Below, piece after piece: positions 20,799-29,672 of a DNA stretch of 64,000 nucleotides. The notes under the pieces were generated by a model. It had not been told where the DNA came from. It was given only the letters and a program-made list of their open reading frames with translations, and did not search any database. How positions within the stretch are numbered: the first letter of the stretch is position 1; each line of letters begins with the position of its first letter. The position numbers and the translations under genes were made by a program. This DNA is from Nitrospiraceae bacterium (GTDB lineage: Bacteria; Nitrospirota; Thermodesulfovibrionia; UBA6902), in assembly GCA_020356065.1 (NCBI GenBank), contig CP070632.1, forward strand, positions 265,284 through 329,283. The letters are read 5' to 3'.

Positions 20799-21325
20799 AA
20801 AAGAGAAGAATTATTATCACAATATCCGCATTCATTATCTTACTTATAGTCTTTACAGTATTTGCTGATACATTTCTCCACAATGTTTTTAGCGGACGAG
20901 TTGATTTTCCTAAAGAACATCTAGGTGAAAACTTAGTAATGGAAGATGGCCAGGAATTTATTGTATTTCGCCGGTTGAAAATTAATAATCAAAATAGTGG
21001 TAATGATAGTGCCGCAGTTTCTAAGGTTAGGTTTAAATTTAAAAGTTTCAATTCAGGAACAAATAAAAATCTCTCAATGATACCGGCTCCTTTTCTCATA
21101 GGAATGAAAGAATTTCATGAAAAATACTGGACGTTTAATGAGAATTCCGGCTACTTTCAGGGAATATATCAGTGGGAATCAAATGAATCAGCTGAAAATT
21201 ACCCAGACTCCTTTATTTATAAGTTAATGACAAAGCGAGCTGATCCGGGAACTTTATCATACGAGATCATACCAGATACTAATATATCTGAATATATTGA
21301 GAAACTTACATCAGATACAGCATGA
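20795..21325 (+). CDS. Hypothetical membrane-anchored protein.
   Basis: 176 aa. One N-terminal TM helix and a Ser/Asn-rich extracytoplasmic domain. The start overlaps the methyltransferase stop (ATGA). Confidence 0.4.
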   Translation: MKKRRIIITISAFIILLIVFTVFADTFLHNVFSGRVDFPKEHLGENLVMEDGQEFIVFRRLKINNQNSGNDSAAVSKVRFKFKSFNSGTNKNLSMIPAPFLIGMKEFHEKYWTFNENSGYFQGIYQWESNESAENYPDSFIYKLMTKRADPGTLSYEIIPDTNISEYIEKLTSDTA

Positions 21326-21523
21326 TCACGTCTGCAGCGATGCGTTATGGGGAATTTATCCTATCTCAGCAACCAATATACTCACGATATATATCGGAAA
21401 TCTTCAATATCTTTGGCTCACCAAATACTTCATATGATAATCATATAGCGGGCACCTCCCTGAGCATAACGTTTTGCGGTATGCTCAAGATAAGGAACTA
21501 AATCTTAATGTAGGAGGTGCCAT

Positions 21524-22543
21524 ATGGGATTATACGCAGGATTTGATCTCCATTCAAGCAATACATATGTGGGGATTATCGATGGGGAAGGCAAGAGGGT
21601 ATGGAAAAGGAAGCTCCGGAACGATCCAGACCTAATCTCAGAGTCACTCAGACAGTACAAGAAAGATATTGTGGGGATAGTGGTGGAGTCCACTTATAAC
21701 TGGTATTGGTTGGTAGATCGTATGATGACGGAGGGTTACGCGATGCATTTAGCTAATCCATCTAGGATACAACAGTATTCAGGACTAAAACATGGAGATG
21801 ACGAACATGATGCATTCTGGCTTGCCGAGATGCTGAGGTTAAAGATATTGCCTGAGGGATATATCTACCCAAAGGAGCAAAGGCCTTTGCGTGACCTGTT
21901 AAGGAAACGGGGACATCTGGTAAAGCTACGGACATCTCTGATAGTGAGTCTTCAAAGTATTCTCGCCAGGAATGTTGGTGCAAAGATGAATGCAAACCAT
22001 ATGAAGGCATTGAAAAAAGACCATGTAACGCCGCTGTTGGCAGGCAATGATGATCTTACGCTTGCTGGGAGGGTAAGCAAGGAAGCAATTGACTCTCTCA
22101 CTAAGCAGATTAAGTCAATCGAAGTGGTTGTAGAAAGAAAGATGCATTTGAAGAAGCCTTACGATATTCTGTTAAGTTTGCCTGGTGTAGGAAGGGTTTT
22201 GGGATTAACCATCATGATGGAGACGGGCTCGATTGATCGTTTTCCTGAGGTAGGCAATTATGTATCGTATTGCAGGAAGGTACCTGCTGTAAGATTCAGC
22301 AATGACAAGAAGAAAGGGACAAGCAACAGGAAGAACGGCAATAAGTATCTTTCATGGGCATACGCTGAAGCGGCAGAGCATGCACGACGACTTGATCCTG
22401 ATGCGAGGGACTATTATGTTCGGAAGCGGAAAAAGACAAATGACCCAATCGCACACAGTGCGCTTGCACACAAGCTGGCGAGGGCTTCATATTATATGAT
22501 GAGGGACGGGGTTCCGTTCAAACCTGAGAAGGCATTTGCATAA
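21524..22543 (+). mobile_element. IS110-family element. Only the transposase ORF is given. The family lacks terminal IRs, so the ends are not delimited and probably lie within about 21330-22750.
   Basis: 339 aa. N-terminal DEDD RuvC-like domain (GFDLHSSNTYVGI...VVESTYNWYW) and C-terminal LPGVGRVLGLTIMMETGSIDRF HhH region, diagnostic of IS110/IS492 transposases. Confidence 0.8.
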
Positions 22544-23025
22544 AAGACTGGGTATGGCAGTGAATCCAAATACCGACTGGAATTTAGCCAATGATATGAT
22601 TGGAACACTGCTGCACCCAGCAACATAAAAGTTACTGACATCTTTACTGCCCGGGCTGAGAGCCATCAAGTGACTGGGGTAACAGCCATAGAAATGTAAT
22701 AAACCAAATGGACTTGGCACGGAGCCGAAGGTTTTCTGGTCCGCCATGAGCGGAAGGAGCCCTCTTTGGGGAGTAAACTCTGGGAGTGGCTTTGATCCTG
22801 ATGGGTGTCTGGAACAGTGAAGACTGTATCCATTATTAAAGGGAAAAACGGTATTGGTAGGATTGTTGGTTTCTCATACTCATAAAAAGACGTTAGACCA
22901 CTTCTTGGTAAAATATATTTTTGATTGACAGGTGCCCACTATATGGGTGTTATAAATTTGACAATTGGTTATAAACGATTAAAAGGAAGCAGATAAGGGA
23001 GCCTTAACATAACCTAATAATTATT

Positions 23026-24044
23026 TGTGTGATTCACATAGATCGTTTCAATTTTCTCAGCCTTAAATCCATGTTGTAATTTTGTTCTTGGAACCTCTCA
23101 TTTAAGGGATCATACATATCGTCAACATCTTCGCCATATGGAATCACATCCTTCAACTCACAAACTACATCCATAGGAGATTTACCCTTCAAGGAACCAT
23201 GAGGACGAAGTCGGTTGTAGTAAAATTGCCATTCCTCAAGGAGATTCGATATTTCTGGATTTTTCATATCGATGGTAGAGTAAAATTCGTAGAGAACTGT
23301 TTTCTGGGCTCGCTCGACCTTGCCATTTAAGTGAGGAGATGCTGGTTTTATTGGCCTGAACTTTATCCCCCAATCCATAAATCGCTTCTGGACCTTCATG
23401 GCAAAAAACTCTGTGCCACGATCAGTCTGAATACGCTGAATAGGAAATGGCATCATTTCACATGCCTGCTCTATAAACTCCAAAGTGTTGGATGCGTTGC
23501 GACGATTGTAAAGAGCCAAAATCATGAACCTACTACAGTCATCAATAGCTGTATACTGGTAAAGTCCTGGGCCGATCTTGCAAGTGTCCATCTGGACTCT
23601 GTCGCCAGGTACAGGGCGAGAATACCGATTGTAATCTTTTTTCCTGCGTGGTTTTTGGAGCTGTTTGCATCCGTTAACGGTAAGAACCTTATGGATAGTC
23701 GCAAGGGATAAATTGAAGCTATGGAGCCGTTTTAGTTCGCTCTGGATTCTTCGAGCACCGAGCTTGCGATTATTACGAAGTGTGAGTATCCATTCAGTTT
23801 CTTTTTGTCCGACTTTAGCGGCTGGAGACTTTTTAGGTGCCCTGCTCTGGCTCTGCAGGCCCTTAATACTATCTTTCTGATAGCGCCTCCACCATTTGCG
23901 AAGCGTCGGACGGGAAACGCCACATCTTCGACAAACGAAGCCAGCGTCACCTGTTTCTTCATAAAGTTTTATCCATGTAAAACGCGCCCTGATTGCTTTC
24001 TCCATAGACGATATTATAATTGAAATGATGTTTATGAATCACAC
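23026..24044 (-). mobile_element. IS481-family insertion sequence, about 1.02 kb.
   Basis: Terminal inverted repeats TGTGTGATTCACA (23026-23038) and TGAATCACACA (24034-24044) with TGT...ACA ends. They enclose one DDE transposase ORF. Confidence 0.7.
23034..24005 (-). CDS. IS481-family DDE transposase (HTH plus rve integrase core).
   Basis: 323 aa. N-terminal HTH (RPTLRKWWRRY), then DTCKIG...TAIDDCSRF...QTDRGTEF...NGKVER DDE triad blocks. Confidence 0.85.
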   Translation of the reverse strand: MEKAIRARFTWIKLYEETGDAGFVCRRCGVSRPTLRKWWRRYQKDSIKGLQSQSRAPKKSPAAKVGQKETEWILTLRNNRKLGARRIQSELKRLHSFNLSLATIHKVLTVNGCKQLQKPRRKKDYNRYSRPVPGDRVQMDTCKIGPGLYQYTAIDDCSRFMILALYNRRNASNTLEFIEQACEMMPFPIQRIQTDRGTEFFAMKVQKRFMDWGIKFRPIKPASPHLNGKVERAQKTVLYEFYSTIDMKNPEISNLLEEWQFYYNRLRPHGSLKGKSPMDVVCELKDVIPYGEDVDDMYDPLNERFQEQNYNMDLRLRKLKRSM

Positions 24045-24074
24045 ATGTAGTGTTACTTTTTATTTTATTTAAAG

Positions 24075-24554
24075 CTAATGAATCAGCATATTGAGAAATT
24101 TGTCAGAGACTACACAATCTGATCTTTCCTCTTTAAGCACTGCTTTTTTGAAATCACAGAGATTGCATGCCATGAACTTTGGGATCAATGACCTTTTGAT
24201 CCTTCCACCACATAACGTGCCTGGCACAACCCAGCAAGCTCTTCCTCCGTTTTCCCCTCCATGGATACCATTGAGTTTTGTTTCCTTAAAGACTGGGCAG
24301 ACGACTATATGATTTCCTTGCTCACCACCGGCATGTTTATCACACTTCTGAAACTCCCAGCAATTTACTTTCATTATCTGGGTACTCTTTCGTCTCTGAG
24401 CTATTATAAGTGACCACTGCCTTATGTCATCAAGGAAAGGTTTTACATTTTGACCCATTTCCTTGATCATTAACTCTGACCATGAATCCTTATCATAGTT
24501 GCCGATCTCTATAAAATATGCTCCACACCCAGCCATTTCCTTAAATATTCCCAT
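24075..24554 (-). CDS. Stand-alone Cys-rich 'two Cys-Trp' domain protein.
   Basis: 159 aa. The C-terminal half reads CWEFQKC...CP...CWVVPGTLCGG...CNLCDF, which aligns residue-for-residue with the C-terminus of the histidine kinase at 4574-4800. Confidence 0.6.
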   Translation of the reverse strand: MGIFKEMAGCGAYFIEIGNYDKDSWSELMIKEMGQNVKPFLDDIRQWSLIIAQRRKSTQIMKVNCWEFQKCDKHAGGEQGNHIVVCPVFKETKLNGIHGGENGGRACWVVPGTLCGGRIKRSLIPKFMACNLCDFKKAVLKEERSDCVVSDKFLNMLIH

Positions 24555-24628
24555 GACTAGAAATCACCTTGTGATATTAAAAAATATGTTAAGCCAAATT
24601 AAATGATATGAAAAATCCACTGATACAT

Positions 24629-24958
24629 TTAACCAGCAACAATTGCGTGATCTTCCTCTAATAATTCATGAATTTCGTGTAATGGATATGTTTCTAAAAT
24701 CCAATCATTACCAAGATCTTTTGCAAGCAGGTTTATAGCATCAGGCTCATTCGTATCAATCATGATTATGAGCTTTTGATGACAGCTGTCCATTGGTTCA
24801 TAACATTTAATCATTCTGCATTTCTTATGAAGAAGATCATCCTTACTTACGTTTTCCCATTCTTCCAAATCTTCTATTTTTGCCATATGTGGAATTTTCT
24901 TTTTGGTATTGCAAATTGACAAGTACATCATTTGTCTTCCCCTCCTTTTTGCCGACAT
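24629..24958 (-). CDS. Small hypothetical protein. The start is either here or at MAKIEDLEE, 24886.
   Basis: 85-109 aa. Has KCRMIKCYEPMDSCH cysteines. Lies directly upstream of the two-CW gene on the same strand. Confidence 0.4.
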   Translation of the reverse strand: MSAKRRGRQMMYLSICNTKKKIPHMAKIEDLEEWENVSKDDLLHKKCRMIKCYEPMDSCHQKLIIMIDTNEPDAINLLAKDLGNDWILETYPLHEIHELLEEDHAIVAG

Positions 24959-25294
24959 TAAAAAAGCCGGGCATACCGTTGGTTAAACCTTCGGCAGCTC
25001 GGCTATCTTCAACTTCGGAGACCCGCCACTTTCCGCCCCCTTCTCACGGAGGGTTTGGCTTTGTCGGGTATATATACTTTTATTTACTTCTTTAATAAAT
25101 AATTGTCAATTTAATACTATTTATGACTTATTATTAATTCTTATATAATTGTGATTAAACAGTATGACTATAAAGCACTGAATCATGGTATCAATTATTT
25201 AATAAAACAACAGTCCTTACTTTCTTCATATTTTAAAAGTTCCTTATTGAGAATACGTATCAATTCTACTTTTGAAACCAGCTTTCTCTTCATT

Positions 25295-25456
25295 TCAATT
25301 TACACCTCTTTGATATTTGTCATTTTTAATTTTCCTTATGGCACCAGCTTTCCCTTGTTTACAGACAATATCCTCCTCCAATGCCTCAGCTTTGCAAAGA
25401 TATTTATCGTTATGCATACAGTTGCCATTTGAACATTTAGGATATTTCATTTTCAT
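25295..25456 (-). CDS. Unannotated 53-aa Cys-rich mini-protein (MKMKYPKCSNGNCMHNDKYLCKAEALEEDIVCKQGKAGAIRKIKNDKYQRGVN).
   Basis: Hand-translated from the minus strand. It falls below the 60-aa ORF-track cutoff. It shares a KC-x4/5-C-x1/2-NDK-x3-C motif with the adjacent 88-aa protein. Confidence 0.4.
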   Translation of the reverse strand: MKMKYPKCSNGNCMHNDKYLCKAEALEEDIVCKQGKAGAIRKIKNDKYQRGVN

Positions 25457-25525
25457 TTCGTTAATACCGCTTTAATCTAAAAAATTACAATTCCATCATG
25501 TTATCTGCAGTATAAATACAATTAA

Positions 25526-25792
25526 CTAAATGTTATAACGCTCATAAATTTCATATCTCACAGGGCAATTACATATTATTTGATTATCTGCAAAAGGGAT
25601 ATTGTAAATACAAGAGATGTCATGATTGAAATTAACAAAGACCATGCCATCACCAATCTTACTTTCAACTGGACACATAGCTAACCTGTCAGAACACCTG
25701 GGGGTATCTTTATCATTTAAACAAGATAAATTGGCGTGACATTTTGTTGCTCTATCAATAATTATATTACTTATATCAATTTTCACTGGCAT
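25526..25792 (-). CDS. 88-aa Cys-rich small protein, paralogous to the 53-aa ORF.
   Basis: TKCHANLSCLNDKDTPRC...MCP...C..C.C: 7 Cys. Sits in an AT-rich islet, divergent from the LuxR-type regulator. Confidence 0.45.
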   Translation of the reverse strand: MPVKIDISNIIIDRATKCHANLSCLNDKDTPRCSDRLAMCPVESKIGDGMVFVNFNHDISCIYNIPFADNQIICNCPVRYEIYERYNI

Positions 25793-25854
25793 GTACCTTC
25801 ATGACTAAATAATATAAGTACTTTTTGATAAAACAAGTAGGCTTACCGATTAGT

Positions 25855-25886
25855 TAACAAAAAGTGTTGTAAGAAACACTTTTAAC
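25855..25886. promoter_or_regulatory. Candidate operator: 9-bp perfect inverted repeat AAAAGTGTT-N7-AACACTTTT in the divergent promoter region.
   Basis: Lies between the start of the Cys-rich operon (25792) and the LuxR-type gene (26039). A second dyad ATTGCC-N11-GGCAAT sits at 25971-25993. Confidence 0.35.
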
Positions 25887-26038
25887 TGCCTACAGACTTA
25901 TCTTGAAAATATTTTTGTTTTAATTTACCATGTTGATATATAATATACAGTACTATAATTTAACCTATATATTGCCTATAAAATATTGGCAATATAATTC
26001 CGCTAAACAGAAAATCATTGTAAGGCAGACCTATCCCC

Positions 26039-26986
26039 ATGAAATATAAGAACATATCAGATAAAAGCAGGACATCTCTTAATAAAGAAATAAACAGGTT
26101 AAAAAAACGTATTTTAGCGTTAAATGATATTGAACGAGAAAAGAAAGAGATTGAATGTTTATTGAGAGAGCGAAGTAAGGAACTAAATTGCTTGTATGGA
26201 TTGTCAGAATTAATAGAGCGATATGACCCTTCAATTGATAAAATTTTAAAGGGATTAACTCATCTCATACCCGTGTCGTGGCAATATCCTGAAATTACAC
26301 GAGTAAGAATATTATTTTATGAATCGGAGTTTAGAAGTAAGAACTTCAGAGAGTCACAATGGAGACAGGATACTGATATTAAAGTAGCGGGTCAGATAAT
26401 TGGGAAAATCGAGGTCTACTATATTAAAAAAATGGCTGAAAATTACGAAGGTCCATTTTTAAAAGAAGAAAGGATACTTATTGATCATCTATCTTACAGG
26501 ATTAGTCGCCTTACCGAACGTATCCATGCAAAGAAACAACTTCACGTAGAGCAATTAACACTAAAAAATATGAATATAACACTTCGTGAAGTTCTATCAA
26601 AAGTCCAAATTGAAAAAAAAGAAATAGGATATTCAATACATACAAATTGCGAAAAAATAATACTGCCAATTATTCATGCATTAGAAGCTGACGCAAACTT
26701 TAAACAAAAAAAATATATTTCTCTACTTAAATCCAATCTTAATGATATTATTTCTCCTTTCATAAATCAATTGTCAAGAGATTTTATGAGATTAACTCCA
26801 TCAGAAATTCAAATTTGTAATATGATTAAAAACGGTCTATCTACAAAAGAGATTGCAAATTTACGCGGCTTATCAGATTCAACTATACACAGACACCGTG
26901 AAAATATTAGGAAGAAACTGAATCTAATCAATAAGGATATAAATTTAATTACATACCTAAACACCTACATGGAAACTGCCCCATAG
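26039..26986 (+). CDS. LuxR-family transcriptional regulator with an uncharacterised N-terminal sensory domain.
   Basis: 315 aa. C-terminal GerE/LuxR HTH (LTPSEIQICNMIKNGLSTKEIANLRGLSDSTIHRHRENIRKKL). The N-terminal 245 aa includes a coiled coil and has no recognisable domain. Confidence 0.7.
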   Translation: MKYKNISDKSRTSLNKEINRLKKRILALNDIEREKKEIECLLRERSKELNCLYGLSELIERYDPSIDKILKGLTHLIPVSWQYPEITRVRILFYESEFRSKNFRESQWRQDTDIKVAGQIIGKIEVYYIKKMAENYEGPFLKEERILIDHLSYRISRLTERIHAKKQLHVEQLTLKNMNITLREVLSKVQIEKKEIGYSIHTNCEKIILPIIHALEADANFKQKKYISLLKSNLNDIISPFINQLSRDFMRLTPSEIQICNMIKNGLSTKEIANLRGLSDSTIHRHRENIRKKLNLINKDINLITYLNTYMETAP

Positions 26987-27340
26987 TAAATCAGGATAGA
27001 AAAAATTAATTATAATATCCAATTGATATCTAAGGACTCTTTTTATCCATAAGAAATTATTGATAATAGTCTGAAATCTTCGCAATCCAGGTTAAATCTA
27101 CATTATAGACAACTTCAACAAAGCGTTAATATCCATACAGACTCCATTTCATTGATAATACAGATGAAGGTTCAAAAATAATGGGAAAATCAGGTCTGAA
27201 CTTGTGTGAAGTATCAAAATCTGAAGATTACATTATATAATCAACGATTCACTTAGATAATGAAATTACTGGTAACAGGTTTAAATCAATAAAAAGATAG
27301 AGCCATTGCTGACTCTACCTTATTAAGAATCCCCCCCTGA

Positions 27341-27826
27341 CAAATAAAAACTTATTTCTTATATTTCTTTCTGAATCTCCTAAAACCTAATGTTGCTCCA
27401 CCTACTATAAAAAGAGTCGAGCTTATTGGTTCAGGTACAACAGGTGATAAGAGCATTGATTTCATAAAGGATCTCAAGGCTGTACAGAAAGACATCAGGC
27501 TCAAGCTCTATCGGGATATACCCCTGTACAAACTGGCTATTTTCGGCGATTATCTCAGTGTAAGGCACTATCACCCTGGCATGGATGTAGGGAATAAGCC
27601 GGAATATGTGTTTGAGCATACCTCGGATCATGGTGGTCTGTACAGCACATTCTATCAGTATTTCTTATCACGCTGGAATGATCCCAATATTTTCGAATAT
27701 GACCTGGAAACGGACGAGATCATTTACAGGGAAAGAACCGGCAAAGAGCTCAGCAGGGAGACATTGAAAATCCCTCTGGTCCATCCTGAGCAACAGAGGG
27801 AGTTCGCCGGCGGCGAGACGTTATGA
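27341..27826 (+). pseudogene. Start-codon-less 161-codon open frame, a probable 3' remnant of a disrupted gene.
   Basis: The frame is open from the stop at 27338 to 27826. It encodes ...IGSGTTGDKSIDFIKDLKAVQKDIRLKLYRDIPLYKLAIFGDYLSVRHYHPGMDVGNKPEYVFEHTSDHGGLYSTFYQYFLSRWNDP.... The only ATG is late, at 27581. It lies at the boundary of the AT-rich islet. Confidence 0.4.
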
Positions 27827-27837
27827 CTTGAGAGACT

Positions 27838-28314
27838 TTAGTGAGTTTCCTCGATGTACTTCTCATTTATTCTCCCTGCATTCCAGAAAAGCGCAGGCAC
27901 TGCCACAGCCCAGGCAACCGCCAGGATGAGCATATCAGATGTCCCGGGTATTGCCGTTGTAGCTCCGAGTTTTGCCCCGCTGTAATACGCAGCAGGTCCC
28001 CCGACGGAACCAAGAACTGCTGACAGAAGATAATGTCCATGGAGTTTCTGCAGAGAGACATTAATCGCAGTAGAAAAAATCATCCACAACAGGACCATCC
28101 ATGGAGGACTGAAAGGATATGGGAACAGATACACAATTGGAGTGAAAATCCCTGCAACAATGAGGCCCGTATCGATAACGAAACCCAGCGCACCCGCTGA
28201 CAGGATAAGCATCACCTCAGCTTTCCTGTCTGGTGATAAAGCTACATGGACCACGAGTACGATAGGCACAACAATCATACCCAGCCAAGGCATCCCTTGA
28301 GCGGCTCCGAGCAC
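27838..28314 (-). CDS. Small polytopic membrane protein, of the DUF-type that accompanies cfa/amine-oxidase lipid-modification clusters.
   Basis: 158 aa, 4-5 TM. First gene of a minus-strand run with the CFA-synthase-like, DUF1365 and FAD-oxidoreductase genes. Confidence 0.5.
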   Translation of the reverse strand: MLGAAQGMPWLGMIVVPIVLVVHVALSPDRKAEVMLILSAGALGFVIDTGLIVAGIFTPIVYLFPYPFSPPWMVLLWMIFSTAINVSLQKLHGHYLLSAVLGSVGGPAAYYSGAKLGATTAIPGTSDMLILAVAWAVAVPALFWNAGRINEKYIEETH

Positions 28315-28364
28315 TGCCGCAAACCAGCCAGCCTGAAATCCAATGACATTTACGAGAGTTCGGA

Positions 28365-29672
28365 TCAGTTCTGATCGCCTCCTTGCAGGGGCGGCAGAAG
28401 TGAAGGTCTCCGCGAGAGCGGCTTTGTAAAAAGCATCTGCACGTCACCAATATATCGCTCCCTGAATCCGGCCTCACAGTAGCAGAGGTAATACTCCCAC
28501 ATCCGTATGAATTCATCAGAATACCCCTGTCTCCGGATATCAGCTATTCGGGAAAAGAACCTGTCCCTCCATTCCCTTAGCGTCCGGGCATAATGAGGCG
28601 TGATGTCTTCAAGATGAAATAGACGCATGTCTGTTCCGTGCGCTGCCGCCTGTGAGAGTGCGGTGACCGACGGGATACAGCTCCCTGGGAAGATATACCG
28701 TTTGATAAAATCAACCTCATGTTTATGTCTTTCATATTCCTGGTCACGTATCGTAATGGCCTGAAGCAGCATCATGCCATCGTTCTTTATCCTTTTGCTG
28801 CAGCATCGGAAGAACGTTTCGAGATAGTGATGTCCCACTGCCTCGATCATTTCGATAGAAACGAGCTTGTCATATGTGCCCTGCAGGTCCCGGTAATCCT
28901 TCTGGAGAATTTCAATACGGTCATCCATCCCTTCCTTACGAATCAGCTGTTGTGCAAATTCATACTGCTGATCTGATATCGTTGTTGTGGTAATGCGACA
29001 TCCATAATTTTTTGCAGCATGCAATGCAAATCCACCCCAGCCTCCACCGATTTCAAGGATATGGTCGTCAGGGTTAAGAAGCAGTTTCCTGCAGATCCGG
29101 TCGTATTTTTCAATTGATGCATCATAAAGTGAACATGACGATGATGTAAAGATCCCGCAGGAATAGGTCATGGTATCATCAAGAAAAAGTTGATAAAAAT
29201 CATTTCCGAGATCATAATGGGCCTCTATGTTCCTCCGGCTCCCCTCTTTTGTATTTTTCCGCAGGAAATGTGAGACCCTGTGGAGCGGGCCTGAGAGCCG
29301 GGCTGCTCCACCCTCCAGCCCTGTCAGGAGGTGTCTGTTCCGTACAATGATCCTGAAGAGGCTGGTCAGATCATCGGCTGTCCAGAAACCGGCCATATAT
29401 GCCTCACCCGCACCAATACTCCCGCCAAATGAAATGTCAGTATAAAAGCGAGGATCATGAACAAACAGAGTGGCCCTGAGTTCTTCATTGTCTCGCCTCG
29501 TTCCGAAGACAGTCCGGTTATCTCCTTCTTTGAGCACCAGTTGTCCGGTGCTGAGTTTATGAAGGCGGAATACTAGTGCTCTTCTTGCAACATGTGAAAG
29601 CATTCCTGAAATACCGCCCGGGATTATCCGTATGCCGGGTCTCTGACTTACTGGAACGATCGTTTCTTTCAT
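28365..29672 (-). CDS. Cyclopropane-fatty-acyl-phospholipid synthase-like SAM methyltransferase (UfaM-like). Start MKETIV.
   Basis: ILEIGGGWGGFALHAA SAM motif I, ...LLLQAITI... and CFA-synthase C-terminal blocks. The called longer ORF is an in-frame read-through into the upstream gene. Confidence 0.8.
   Translation of the reverse strand: MKETIVPVSQRPGIRIIPGGISGMLSHVARRALVFRLHKLSTGQLVLKEGDNRTVFGTRRDNEELRATLFVHDPRFYTDISFGGSIGAGEAYMAGFWTADDLTSLFRIIVRNRHLLTGLEGGAARLSGPLHRVSHFLRKNTKEGSRRNIEAHYDLGNDFYQLFLDDTMTYSCGIFTSSSCSLYDASIEKYDRICRKLLLNPDDHILEIGGGWGGFALHAAKNYGCRITTTTISDQQYEFAQQLIRKEGMDDRIEILQKDYRDLQGTYDKLVSIEMIEAVGHHYLETFFRCCSKRIKNDGMMLLQAITIRDQEYERHKHEVDFIKRYIFPGSCIPSVTALSQAAAHGTDMRLFHLEDITPHYARTLREWRDRFFSRIADIRRQGYSDEFIRMWEYYLCYCEAGFRERYIGDVQMLFTKPLSRRPSLLPPLQGGDQN

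Noticed and set aside
22544-23025. A roughly 480-bp ORF-free, moderately GC-rich stretch between the IS110 transposase and the IS481 end, considered as a structured ncRNA (RNase P, 6S, tmRNA).
   Set aside because: No RNase P, tmRNA or 6S signature sequences were found. IS110-family elements carry long non-coding 3' regions, so this is most simply the right-hand part of that element.
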